Shown piece after piece: positions 36,569 through 45,724 of a stretch of 54,893 nucleotides of DNA (positions are counted from its first letter, which is position 1; the number at the start of each line of letters is the position of its first letter). The stretch lies in contig JAADIK010000153.1 in assembly GCA_013151365.1 (NCBI GenBank), forward strand, positions 1-54,893, in the 5' to 3' direction. The notes under the pieces are model-generated. The model worked only from the letters and a program-made list of their open reading frames with translations, was not told the DNA's origin and made no database searches. A program made the position numbers and the translations under genes. The DNA comes from Deltaproteobacteria bacterium (GTDB lineage Bacteria > Desulfobacterota > Desulfobulbia > Desulfobulbales > Desulfobulbaceae).

Positions 36569-36731
36569 TCAGCTGCTCTCAAAACTTTGTGCGTTCGTTA
36601 CAAAATGCTAACAAGTAACCTAAACGCACAAAGTACTTATTAGCGACCAGCCGTCTGAGCCGGTTTTACCCATTGCGGCAGGAGTATTTCTGCCTGCAGA
36701 CCTTGCCTGCTCCCTGATGATCGGCGCAAGT

Positions 36732-36833
36732 CTATTTTTTGTTTTTCTTGATGTTTTTTGGTTTGGGACGGGTCTTGCCGTTGGTGCTGCGAATAATTTT
36801 GCCGCGTTTACTCCTGATGTCGCCTTTACCCAT
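36732..36833 (-). CDS. 30S ribosomal protein Thx-like small basic protein
   Basis: My own translation gives MGKGDIRSKRGKIIRSTNGKTRPKPKNIKKNKK (33 aa), with a GAGGTG RBS 5 nt upstream. It resembles the Thx MGKGDRRT.RGK motif and is below the ORF-track size cutoff. Confidence 0.65.
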   Translation of the reverse strand: MGKGDIRSKRGKIIRSTNGKTRPKPKNIKKNKK

Positions 36834-37061
36834 TTTTCACCTCTAACACTCTGCTTACACAGACGATATGTTATAAAGAAACAACCTTATGTCCGGCTGA
36901 CTTTTCATGCCGCCATGAAAAACCAACTCGGCCTTTTATAACTCGTATCATTACTGCATGTTGCAAGTTCAATGCAACATCTTTCCACATTTTTTTTACC
37001 GGCCGGCCAATGATCCGACCGCCCCCTGTGTCAAAACGGGGACAGTGACCGAACCCGACCT

Positions 37062-38276
37062 TTATTGAAACTTTTCCCGAATAGCGCTCAGCACATCGGT
37101 TATCTGGAAAAAGGCCTCCACCACCTCCGGGTCGAACTGAGTCCCCGAGTTCTCCCTGATTATGGCAAAGGCCCTCTCGTCGTCCCAGGCCTCCTTGTAG
37201 ACACGCCGGCTGCACAGGGCATCGTAGACATCGGCCAGGGCGGTAACCCGGGCGGTGATCGGAATCTCTTCGCCTTTTTTCTGCAGCACGCCATGGCCGC
37301 TTCCCTCGTCCACCTCCGGGATGCAGCCGGGATAGCCCGCGCCGTCCCATCTTTGATGGTGATTCAAGGCAATCTCCAGGCTCATCCGATCAAGCTCCGA
37401 GGTGATGGAGGTGAAAAGCCGGGCACCGTACAGGGTGTGTTTTTTGATGATTTCGAATTCATCATCCGTCAATCGTCCGGTTTTTTGAAGGATAGCGTCG
37501 GGGATGCCGACCTTGCCTACATCATGGAGCATGGCGGCCAGGCGAATGAGGTCACGGGTCGATTTGATCTCCTGATTATTATCAAGACCCTGGTTTTCGG
37601 CCCAGCGCTGATAAATCTCGGCGGAATATGCCGCTACCCTCTGAACATGGGCCCCGGTTTCATTGGGATCGCGCAGCTCCGCCATCGACATCATGCGCAG
37701 GATCAGCTCCCGGTTCATAATCCCCCGCTCAATGGTCACCGCGGCATTGTTGGCAAAAAGCGACACAAAGAGCTGGCTCCTTTCCCTGAAGGGAATCACG
37801 TTCCGGTCCTTGTCCCTGGCGTTGATCAGCTCCAGGACTCCCACCAGGCGATTTTCAATGGTGAGGAGCGGCAGGGTCATGATGGATGTGGTTCGATAGC
37901 CGTACTTTTCATCAAAAGAGGTATTGAACCGGTAAGGGACCCCGGCCGGCAGGTTATAGGCATCGTCGATAATAACAGCCTCCTTGGTCAGGGCGGCATG
38001 GCCGACAATGGATTTGTGGGACATGGGAACGGTGAGATTGGTGTAGAGGGCGGCCCGGCCTTTTTCACGGTCAAAGAGGCTGTCATTCTGGACATAGCTG
38101 AAGACCAGGCAGTCATCCCTGACCAGAAATATGGAGCCGGCATCGGCATTGGACAGGTGGCGGGATTCAGAAAGAATGCGGTCCAGAATGGTGTCAACAT
38201 CCTTCAGGGTATTGAGAACATCGATTTTTTTGAGAATAGAAGAGATTTCATCACTTGTGTAGAGCGGCTCCGTCAT
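37062..38276 (-). CDS. GAF domain-containing HD-GYP phosphodiesterase (c-di-GMP)
   Basis: N-terminal GAF, then HDVGKVGIPD and HHQRWDGAGYPG. I place the start at ATG 38276 (MTEPLYT). Confidence 0.85.
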   Translation of the reverse strand: MTEPLYTSDEISSILKKIDVLNTLKDVDTILDRILSESRHLSNADAGSIFLVRDDCLVFSYVQNDSLFDREKGRAALYTNLTVPMSHKSIVGHAALTKEAVIIDDAYNLPAGVPYRFNTSFDEKYGYRTTSIMTLPLLTIENRLVGVLELINARDKDRNVIPFRERSQLFVSLFANNAAVTIERGIMNRELILRMMSMAELRDPNETGAHVQRVAAYSAEIYQRWAENQGLDNNQEIKSTRDLIRLAAMLHDVGKVGIPDAILQKTGRLTDDEFEIIKKHTLYGARLFTSITSELDRMSLEIALNHHQRWDGAGYPGCIPEVDEGSGHGVLQKKGEEIPITARVTALADVYDALCSRRVYKEAWDDERAFAIIRENSGTQFDPEVVEAFFQITDVLSAIREKFQ

Positions 38277-38447
38277 AATGATCCCCCTTGTCCGGCAACG
38301 ATCGGCCGGGCGATTATGGCCTCGCTGTACATCGTCTGAATTTCTTGGCGAGTATAGCACATTGCCCGGTCAAAGAGAAAGAATTGCTTATTACGAGCCC
38401 ATGGTTTCCCGGCCGAGTCTGACGTGTGCCCGCTTTTTGCTCCCCTT

Positions 38448-40043
38448 TCATGAACGTAATTCTTCCGGCCTTGGCTTACGGCCGGCAAGCAGGAGCAGAA
38501 CCAGGAAGATGGTGCCGAAGGCGCCAAAGACAAAGGTGTGACGGAAAGTATCCTGAAAGGCGAGACTTAAGGCCTTGAGGTGCTGGACCCGGCCCAGCAG
38601 GAGATGGGCCTTGACATCGGCGAGCCCGGACGGCAGGTACTGCGAAATCAGGTCCTTGTTGCTATCGATGAAGCGCTGGACATAGTCATGGTTTTGCAGG
38701 GTGGCAATGCCCTCGAAATGGACGGCTTTCCGCATTTCCAGGGTATTGGTGGCAATGGCCGTGCCCAGGGAACCGCCCAGAAAGCGCAGGTAATGCATGA
38801 GGCTGACTCCCTGGGCGGTCTTGTCACCCAGGGATCCCAGGGCCAGGGCGGAAACCGGGGCAAAAAAAGAACCCAGGGCAATGCCCAGCGGGATGGTGAT
38901 GATGGCGGCCCGGATCGACGGAGTATAGTAGTTGAGAGAAGGGATCAGGAAATAACTGGTGTAGAGAAAGATGATGGTGCTGCCGACAATCACCCGCTGC
39001 GGGCCGAAGCGGTCGCTCAACAGCCCGGCCAGGGGAGAGACGATGGCGATAAAAATGGCAAAGGCCAGCATGTGCAGGCCGGTGACAAAAGTAGTGAGAT
39101 GTTTCAGGGTTTCATAGTAGAGCGGCAGGAGATAAAAAAGCTGGTAGATGGAGAGCCCCATGATCAGGAAATAGAACCCCATGGACAGGGTATACTCTTT
39201 GATTTTGAAGATGGCCGGGTCGATCAGCTTGTTACGGCTGAACATCTCGGACAAGAGATAGAACAGCAGGGAGGCGGCGGCGCCGAAGGCCAGGAGGACA
39301 ATGGTGGAAGACTGGCCCCAGCCCAGCTGCTGGCCCTTGGAAAGCAGGATAAGAAGCGAAACGGTAAAGGCGCCCATAAAAAAATAGCTGACGAAATTGA
39401 AACGCAGCCGCTGCCGATTCTTGACCAGGACCGGCAGATACGACGCCCCGGCTATAAAGTTGAGAATGCCGGTGGGCAGGTTGATATAGAAGACCCAGCG
39501 CCAGCTCATGTGCAGGGTGATCCAGCCGCCCACCGTCGGCCCCAGTGAAGGGGCGAAGCTCACGCCCATGGCGTAGATCCCCATGGCCATGCCGTGTTTC
39601 TCCGGCGGGTAGATGGCAAAGAGGATGGTCTGGGCGCTGGCCATGATAAAGGCCTCGCCCAGGCCCTGGATGATCCGGGAACCGACCATCTGCGGCAGGG
39701 AGGCCGCCACGCCGCAGAGGGCGCTGGCCGAGGTGAAGATCAGCAGCCCGGAAAGAAAAAGCCATTTCAGGCCGATGACCCGGCCCAGATTGTGGGTCAG
39801 GAGCAGGCCGACCGCCGCGGCGATCATGTAGGCGGTAATGACCCACTGCACCCCGTACAGGTCGGTGGCCAGCGGTCCCATCATCTTGGGGATCACCACG
39901 TCGATCACCGTGGTGTCAAGGATGGCCATGAAGGCCCCGACCATGACGATTATGGTAAGGAAAGCGCGATAACCCGGTGAAATCAGGTCGTAGATCGGCT
40001 GTTCATCGTTGACGTTGCCGCTGGCCGGCCAGGTTGCGGTCAT
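38448..40043 (-). CDS. MFS DHA2-family (EmrB/QacA-type) efflux transporter
   Basis: Roughly 14-TM profile of 531 aa with DHA2 motifs. A 4-nt overlap with the upstream HlyD gene suggests coupling. Confidence 0.85.
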   Translation of the reverse strand: MTATWPASGNVNDEQPIYDLISPGYRAFLTIIVMVGAFMAILDTTVIDVVIPKMMGPLATDLYGVQWVITAYMIAAAVGLLLTHNLGRVIGLKWLFLSGLLIFTSASALCGVAASLPQMVGSRIIQGLGEAFIMASAQTILFAIYPPEKHGMAMGIYAMGVSFAPSLGPTVGGWITLHMSWRWVFYINLPTGILNFIAGASYLPVLVKNRQRLRFNFVSYFFMGAFTVSLLILLSKGQQLGWGQSSTIVLLAFGAAASLLFYLLSEMFSRNKLIDPAIFKIKEYTLSMGFYFLIMGLSIYQLFYLLPLYYETLKHLTTFVTGLHMLAFAIFIAIVSPLAGLLSDRFGPQRVIVGSTIIFLYTSYFLIPSLNYYTPSIRAAIITIPLGIALGSFFAPVSALALGSLGDKTAQGVSLMHYLRFLGGSLGTAIATNTLEMRKAVHFEGIATLQNHDYVQRFIDSNKDLISQYLPSGLADVKAHLLLGRVQHLKALSLAFQDTFRHTFVFGAFGTIFLVLLLLAGRKPRPEELRS

Positions 40044-41206
40044 TGCCGCTTGATCTCCACTTCCCCGCCCAGCCCGACCCGCAGCAGCGAAGTATCGCCG
40101 CTGGTGATGCTGATCCGTACCGGGATGCGCTGGGCCACCTTGGTGAACTCGCCGGCCGAGATATCGCGGGGGGCCAGGGCAAAGGTCGCGGCCGTGGCAG
40201 GCAGGATGTCCTCCACCCTGCCCCGGAACTTCTGGTCCGGATAGGCGTCGATACTGATGTTCACCGCGGCGCCCCGCTCTACCCCGTGCAACTTGCCCTC
40301 TTCCAGCAGGGCGACGATATAAACATCACGGGGATCAATGAGGGATAAAACCGCTTTTTTGGGAGAAACAATGCTGCCGACGGTCAGAAATCGTTTGGCG
40401 ACCCGGCCGTTGATCGGACTCTTCAGCTCACAATTGCCGAGATCGTTTTGCGCGGTAGCCAGGGCGGCGGCCAACCCCTTGATCTTGTCAGCCAGGGCCT
40501 GGATCTTCTTTTCCGTTTCCGGAATGCGCAGACGGCCGGTCCGGGCCAGCTTCACCCGGTTCCCGGCCGTGGCCATCGACGCCTCAACGGCCCGTGCCTG
40601 CTCTTCGACGGATTTTTTCATTTTTTGCTTACTGACCAGGTCGGTGTCAATGGTTTCGGCCCGGGTCCGGGACACCGCCTTGACTTTATACAGGGTTTCA
40701 AGCCGTTTCCGGTCCCGGGCAAGCTGTTCGATCTCCGCCTGTATCGCCTCGGCCTGAGCCAGCAGAGACGCCCGCTGCCGGGACAATTCCTCGATCCGGC
40801 CGGCGGCGATAGCCTCGTTCAACTTTGTTTCCTGGCGCAGACGATCGAGAAGAATGCCGAGGCCTTCCTTGTCCTGCCGGGCCTCGGCCAGTTCCGCGGT
40901 CAGCCGTTTGACGCGCAGGCGGTAGACCGCCGGATCGATAGCGGCCAGCACCTCCCCCCGGCGGACCGCATCGCCTTCTTTTTTGTTCATTACGGCAAGC
41001 CTGCCGTTCACCCGGTCGAAACCAATAGTGACCAGACTGTCGGTCCGGACAAAAACCGCATCGGTCACGGCATAGGCCATCCGGTAACGGATAAAACGGA
41101 CGGCCATGAATAACAGGGCAAGGACGCCGATAACCATGACAGTGGCCGCCACGGTCTTGCCGGCGGGCTTTCGCTTTGGTTTTCCTTTAGGCTGCTCTTC
41201 TTCCAT
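40040..41206 (-). CDS. HlyD/EmrA-family membrane fusion protein
   Basis: N-terminal TM, a long coiled-coil hairpin, and lipoyl-like and beta-barrel segments (SPINGRVAKR). Confidence 0.85.
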   Translation of the reverse strand: MEEEQPKGKPKRKPAGKTVAATVMVIGVLALLFMAVRFIRYRMAYAVTDAVFVRTDSLVTIGFDRVNGRLAVMNKKEGDAVRRGEVLAAIDPAVYRLRVKRLTAELAEARQDKEGLGILLDRLRQETKLNEAIAAGRIEELSRQRASLLAQAEAIQAEIEQLARDRKRLETLYKVKAVSRTRAETIDTDLVSKQKMKKSVEEQARAVEASMATAGNRVKLARTGRLRIPETEKKIQALADKIKGLAAALATAQNDLGNCELKSPINGRVAKRFLTVGSIVSPKKAVLSLIDPRDVYIVALLEEGKLHGVERGAAVNISIDAYPDQKFRGRVEDILPATAATFALAPRDISAGEFTKVAQRIPVRISITSGDTSLLRVGLGGEVEIKRQ

Positions 41207-41454
41207 CTTTTTTCCTGCTTATCTCTATTTAAAAAAACCGGCCATATGACTAAAAAAGGTACCCATGCACCCGGTCCTTAGGACTGCCTTGCGCACACTC
41301 GAAGCTGCCGGGTGTTTGTTAAAAACCAGCTTCGTTCAAACTCTCGGAGTCTACGCTACTATGTATTTTCGCTCAACTCCTTTATCGATATCTTCGGCAG
41401 TTCAGTTGCAAGTCAAGTGGAAAATCCCTTAAAATCACCTCTTAAGAAACGACC

Positions 41455-41489
41455 AAAGCCGGATCCATTGGATCCGGCTTTTTATTTTC
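41455..41489. terminator. strong hairpin with T-run on the plus strand (orphan or bidirectional terminator)
   Basis: AAAGCCGGATCC-ATT-GGATCCGGCTTT followed by TTATTTT. No annotated plus-strand gene lies upstream. Confidence 0.5.
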
Positions 41490-41689
41490 AAAGGATTGAA
41501 TGGAAATGAGGGAAAGATACTGCGTGCGAGGCCAGCATCAGGCGTTTGATCGAGATTACCGGGACGTATCCGGGGAGGATGTCAATCGTCAAATTAATGT
41601 CAGGGACAGCATCTCACATCATTACAGCATGCATACTGCCCCCGAAGCCGCTAAAATCATGGCATAAATCGAGCTGCGCCGATTACATT

Positions 41690-43624
41690 CTATTGGGCGC
41701 TTGAAGTAAAAACCATGTAGCCGATAACTTCTTTTCGATGAGCAGCTTTCCTTCTGGAGGTTTCCTCCTCGACTTTGACCTGCACATCCTTTGCGGTTAG
41801 ATTCTGATACCTGACTGTTGCATTATTGCGCCCGCGGTAGCCCTGGATCCCGGCAAAGAAAAACGGTTTTGCAGTGAAGGGTGACCGAAAAGACAGCGAA
41901 TGCCACTTGTCCGAAACAGACTTACGTGTCCGGCCGACTTCATAAAGGAGTTGACCGATAGCCCCCGTTCCCTGTTCACAGGCAATATAGCCGACCGTTT
42001 CAATGACATGCCTGGGGAGCCGGTTCGCGTCCTGTCCCTTGAGTTTAAATTTAAACTTCCGCCTTGAAAGTCCTCTGATCCGACCATTTAGCGCACCTTC
42101 CTCGTTGTTTGACAAAACACTGGTGAGCAATACGGGTTTGCGCCGGAAGGCCTTGATGAATTTATGCTTCTTGAAACGAGCACCGCCGAAAAAGGTGCCG
42201 GCTTCGACGCGGGCTCCATTATCCAGGATGTAGCTCCCTTGTTCCATAACAATATAATCGACCGTTTCTTCCGCATGGGAGCCGTCAAGATAACCCCATT
42301 CCTGAATACGGATGTCAAAACCTGTTGCCGTGACATTTCTGATGCGGACGACCGCCGGATCGGGGTCATTATAACTGAGCGGGCCAGCGACAACAACTGG
42401 GTTGACAAACGACTCTTTAAAAACCACATGAGACCAGCTGGTGTTGAGCAACAGCTCTCCGAGTTCAACCGCCAGCGAGGGATTCGTGACACCGGAGCGC
42501 ACCGTAACAACGGTTGAAGACTCGCTTACCGCTCCTTTGTTATCTTTTACCTTCAGGGTAACCGTATAAGTAGCGGCCTGCTTATAGACATGATCAACCG
42601 CAACACCGGACCTCCGGGTGCCATCGCCGAAATTCCAGGTGTATTTCTTGATCTTACCATCAGAATCACTTGAAGCGCCGGCGTCAAAACTGATAGCGAC
42701 AGGCGCAAAGCCCTGGCTGGTCGAGGCGGTGATGACCGCGGTGGGCGGGACGTTGCGGTTGCTGCCAGCCGGGGGTTCCCTGACAATAACCGGGGTGGAA
42801 ATGGAATCGGTCAAGCCGCCATCATCTGTTACGGTCAGCGTGGCGTTAAAACTGCCGGCAGTGGTGTAGGTATAGGTCACCTTGGGGCCGGTGGCTGTCC
42901 CGCCATCGCCCATATCCCACTTATAAGAGAGAATGGTACCGTCGCTGTCCGTGGAACCTGAGCCATCAAGATGCACCTGCAATGGCGCATCACCGACCGT
43001 GGACGAAGATGAAACAACCGCGGTGGGAGGGATATTGCTACTTGAAGGACTGGTAACCACAATCGCAACTGTTGCCTGGTCCGTGGCTCCCTGGTCGTCG
43101 GTAATTTTCAGGGTAACGTTATAACTGCCAGCCGGGCTGAAGACATGGCTGATGGTACTGCCGACACCTGTTTCACCATCACCGAAGGTCCAATCATAAC
43201 TGAGGATATTTCCCGTTGAAGAATTCGCATTAAAGGCCACAGTCAGAGGGCTTGTACCTTTCAGCACGTCAGCAGACAGAACCGCCTTGAGAACGCTCGA
43301 AAAAACATAAGGAAAGGGGGCGGATGGCGGGCTTTCCGTGCCGTCCTTAAAATAGGAGGTAAGGGTGAACAGTGATTCTCCGTCAGGAACGTCAACAGAA
43401 CAATCCATGGAAGTAGCGTCGGGGTCGGCTATTTCACAGGCAAGATTATTTCCGTGATACAAACGGAATCCGGCCAGATTGTCGCCGTTATGCTGATATT
43501 GCCACTCAACATGAATAACACGTTGATGGGCCGATGCCAGAACGGGCAGAATTAGGATGCTCAATAAGATTAAAAAAATTTTTCCAAATCGCATAAGAAC
43601 GCCATAAAATAAAACGGATAACAT
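41690..43624 (-). CDS. secreted protein with an FN3-like module, three PKD domains and three C-terminal H-type-lectin-like repeats
   Basis: Signal peptide. There are three W.FGDG PKD signatures (YDWTFGDG, YKWDMGDG, YTWNFGDG). The C-terminus has a threefold repeat ending in VDYIVMEQG, VGYIACEQG and IGYMVF. Confidence 0.8.
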   Translation of the reverse strand: MLSVLFYGVLMRFGKIFLILLSILILPVLASAHQRVIHVEWQYQHNGDNLAGFRLYHGNNLACEIADPDATSMDCSVDVPDGESLFTLTSYFKDGTESPPSAPFPYVFSSVLKAVLSADVLKGTSPLTVAFNANSSTGNILSYDWTFGDGETGVGSTISHVFSPAGSYNVTLKITDDQGATDQATVAIVVTSPSSSNIPPTAVVSSSSTVGDAPLQVHLDGSGSTDSDGTILSYKWDMGDGGTATGPKVTYTYTTAGSFNATLTVTDDGGLTDSISTPVIVREPPAGSNRNVPPTAVITASTSQGFAPVAISFDAGASSDSDGKIKKYTWNFGDGTRRSGVAVDHVYKQAATYTVTLKVKDNKGAVSESSTVVTVRSGVTNPSLAVELGELLLNTSWSHVVFKESFVNPVVVAGPLSYNDPDPAVVRIRNVTATGFDIRIQEWGYLDGSHAEETVDYIVMEQGSYILDNGARVEAGTFFGGARFKKHKFIKAFRRKPVLLTSVLSNNEEGALNGRIRGLSRRKFKFKLKGQDANRLPRHVIETVGYIACEQGTGAIGQLLYEVGRTRKSVSDKWHSLSFRSPFTAKPFFFAGIQGYRGRNNATVRYQNLTAKDVQVKVEEETSRRKAAHRKEVIGYMVFTSSAQ

Positions 43625-43671
43625 TAAGTTGAAAAATCATACCTGAAGTCACCTACTCTATAGCATTTATC

Positions 43672-44127
43672 GTGCCAAGAAGAGACAACCACCAACTTAC
43701 TGTTTTCACGTACAAACAAACATCAATGGCAAAACGATGCAATTACCATTACGTAATCGCTATTGCCAAGGACATACTATGCGGAGAGCAGAGAGCATAC
43801 AGTAAAGACGAAATCCGCATACACTGCAAACCTGAAGGATCGGAAAAATTTCCTCTTAATGTAAATCGATCATCGGTTCCGGCGTTCGCCCATATACCGG
43901 AAGTGACTGTAATGATTGCCGCCATGGCCGGACCGTGGCATTTCACCAAGCGGAATCGCATTTTGGAAAACCAGGCCGGTTCAGAAAAAAAACATTCTTC
44001 CGGGATACACTATCAACAAATAATTGCGCATCATCCTGAACCGGATGCGTTGTCTCCAAAAAGAGACTCCTTATTCAGGCAGTCAATCTTAAAACCCTTT
44101 GAACACACCAAAAACCTGAATCAGTGA
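43672..44127 (+). CDS. hypothetical ORF (doubtful)
   Basis: 151-aa ORF in a relatively AT-rich 620-nt gap. No recognisable motif. Its stop is supplied by the terminus of repeat copy H. Confidence 0.2.
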   Translation: MPRRDNHQLTVFTYKQTSMAKRCNYHYVIAIAKDILCGEQRAYSKDEIRIHCKPEGSEKFPLNVNRSSVPAFAHIPEVTVMIAAMAGPWHFTKRNRILENQAGSEKKHSSGIHYQQIIAHHPEPDALSPKRDSLFRQSILKPFEHTKNLNQ

Positions 44128-44235
44128 GCGTTCAAGAACGGTGCAGATGCAAGGCGGCAACGATGCCGATTCTTCTATGTAATATCAATGAGTTACCGAC
44201 ACAACAGACGCGCCGTTACCGGGCGCCCCGGAGGG
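44115..44235 (-). repeat. family-1 element, truncated degenerate copy H (GC-rich half)
   Basis: Runs from CCTGAATCAGTGAGCGTTCAAGAACGGTGCAGATGCAAGGCGGCAACG to GGGCGCCCCGGAGGG. It ends 12 nt before the MshEN gene stop. Confidence 0.75.
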
Positions 44236-44247
44236 ACACCATCTCAA

Positions 44248-45042
44248 TTAAATGCCTTGTGGATTGGTCATGGCCCAAGAAAGCCATTTGAGCTGGATGG
44301 CTGAAAAATCATCCTTTTTTGAATTAAGAAATTTTTTGAGAGATTTTGTATCATTAAAGGTGACGGAATAATATCCGGAAGAATATGAACCATGGCCAAA
44401 AAGAGACACTTTGTTCTGGTCATTAAAACCAAGGATCAGTTCATGATTCGCATAGGTAATCGAATGTGGGAAAACGGTTACATTGCCGTACTCCATGCGT
44501 TTTCGATCCTGATAAAACTGCATGGCAGTAAAAATAACCATGAGAAGAGCAATGGCGGTGGCGGCAGCCGTCAGCCGCAAAGAAGCCTGCGAGTTGAAAA
44601 TATCCCGAAATGACCAAGGAATACGTGAACGTATATTTGATTCAATATCACTTTTCGGAGCCAGTACGGGTTGGATTATTTTGCCGGTGTACTTTTCAAT
44701 ATCCGAAACGGCTTCACTATCGGAAGGGTCAACCATTGCTACTTTCAGGGTATTGTTTTCTCCGGTCATCAGAGGGATGACGCTGTATTTCTTACAAAGA
44801 TATTTTGGCAGGACTTTCTTGACGGTCGGGGAGAATTCCGACGCGACATCAACAATCTCCAGATCCAATTGGCGCGACAGGACCGAATGAAGTTGATCCT
44901 CGCTGATAAAACCCATTTTAATAAGGAGATAACCAAGCCTGCGGTTTCCCCCGACCTGGAGACGAAGAGCCTTGCCCAGATCAGTTTCGGTGATCAGGTT
45001 GGCTTCAACAAGGAGTTCACCAAGACGTTGTTTGGCTGCCAT
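44248..45042 (-). CDS. MshEN (T2SSE_N) domain membrane protein, putative c-di-GMP receptor
   Basis: Two tandem 24-residue motifs, RLGELLVEANLITETDLGKALRLQ and RLGYLLIKMGFISEDQLHSVLSRQ. These are followed by a TM segment and a C-terminal domain of unknown function. Confidence 0.8.
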   Translation of the reverse strand: MAAKQRLGELLVEANLITETDLGKALRLQVGGNRRLGYLLIKMGFISEDQLHSVLSRQLDLEIVDVASEFSPTVKKVLPKYLCKKYSVIPLMTGENNTLKVAMVDPSDSEAVSDIEKYTGKIIQPVLAPKSDIESNIRSRIPWSFRDIFNSQASLRLTAAATAIALLMVIFTAMQFYQDRKRMEYGNVTVFPHSITYANHELILGFNDQNKVSLFGHGSYSSGYYSVTFNDTKSLKKFLNSKKDDFSAIQLKWLSWAMTNPQGI

Positions 45043-45562
45043 AACTTGCCCTCATTACATAAATTACCCAAACGAAATAAATCGACTTTCCGCCAAAATC
45101 TCCGGACATGGAGACCCTTCACCATACTCGGCCGGCGGTTTTGGTTGTTCCGTCAAAACAGTTTCGGCTCCCTGCTGACAGCAGGACGGATACCTAAATC
45201 TTGTCAATTTCCGCTTACCCCCGGGAACTGGCGCCACTGCAAAATACTTTTTTTACATATTGGCTGGATTTCGTTATCATTCTTAATATATTATATGATA
45301 CACAGTAAAAGCTGACAAGAAAATAGGATATATGGCTGCAAATAAAAATGTTTTCTCGATAAATCAGGGCAATTTCTCTTGAATTACATTTCCTATTTCA
45401 CGTGCAGGGCTCGTAAATAAGACGACCAGGCCCTGCTGAAATCTGTTGATTATACTTGTTACGTGTTCAGAACCGGACATTGAAGCGTTTTGTTCTCATC
45501 ATTATCGTCCACAAAAGAGGTGCTTTCAGAAAATATTTTATAAGACTATCAACAGTTATCAG

Positions 45563-45701
45563 CCTGAGAAATTACTTGTATCCGTGACGGTTCGAGGTAA
45601 CACTCCATGCAATATATGGAATTTATGGCATTATTGCTGAACAAACGTATTTTCTGGTCCTCAACGCGCCGCCCACCGGGGCGCCCGATAACTTATTCAG
45701 G
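45563..45701 (+). repeat. family-1 element, internally deleted copy I
   Basis: The left terminus is interrupted (CCTGA-12 nt-ATCCGTGACGG). The AT half and GC hairpin run to CGATAAC, then join directly to TTATTCAGG. The copy ends 23 nt before ATG 45725. Confidence 0.7.
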
Positions 45702-45724
45702 AAATATCCAGGGAACCAAATGAG

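Noticed and set aside
41517-41678. A 53-aa ORF (MRERYCVRGQHQAFDRDYRD...) between the orphan terminator and the PKD gene end.
   Set aside because: There is no RBS and no recognisable motif, and it lies in a probable 3' UTR or terminator region. Support is insufficient.
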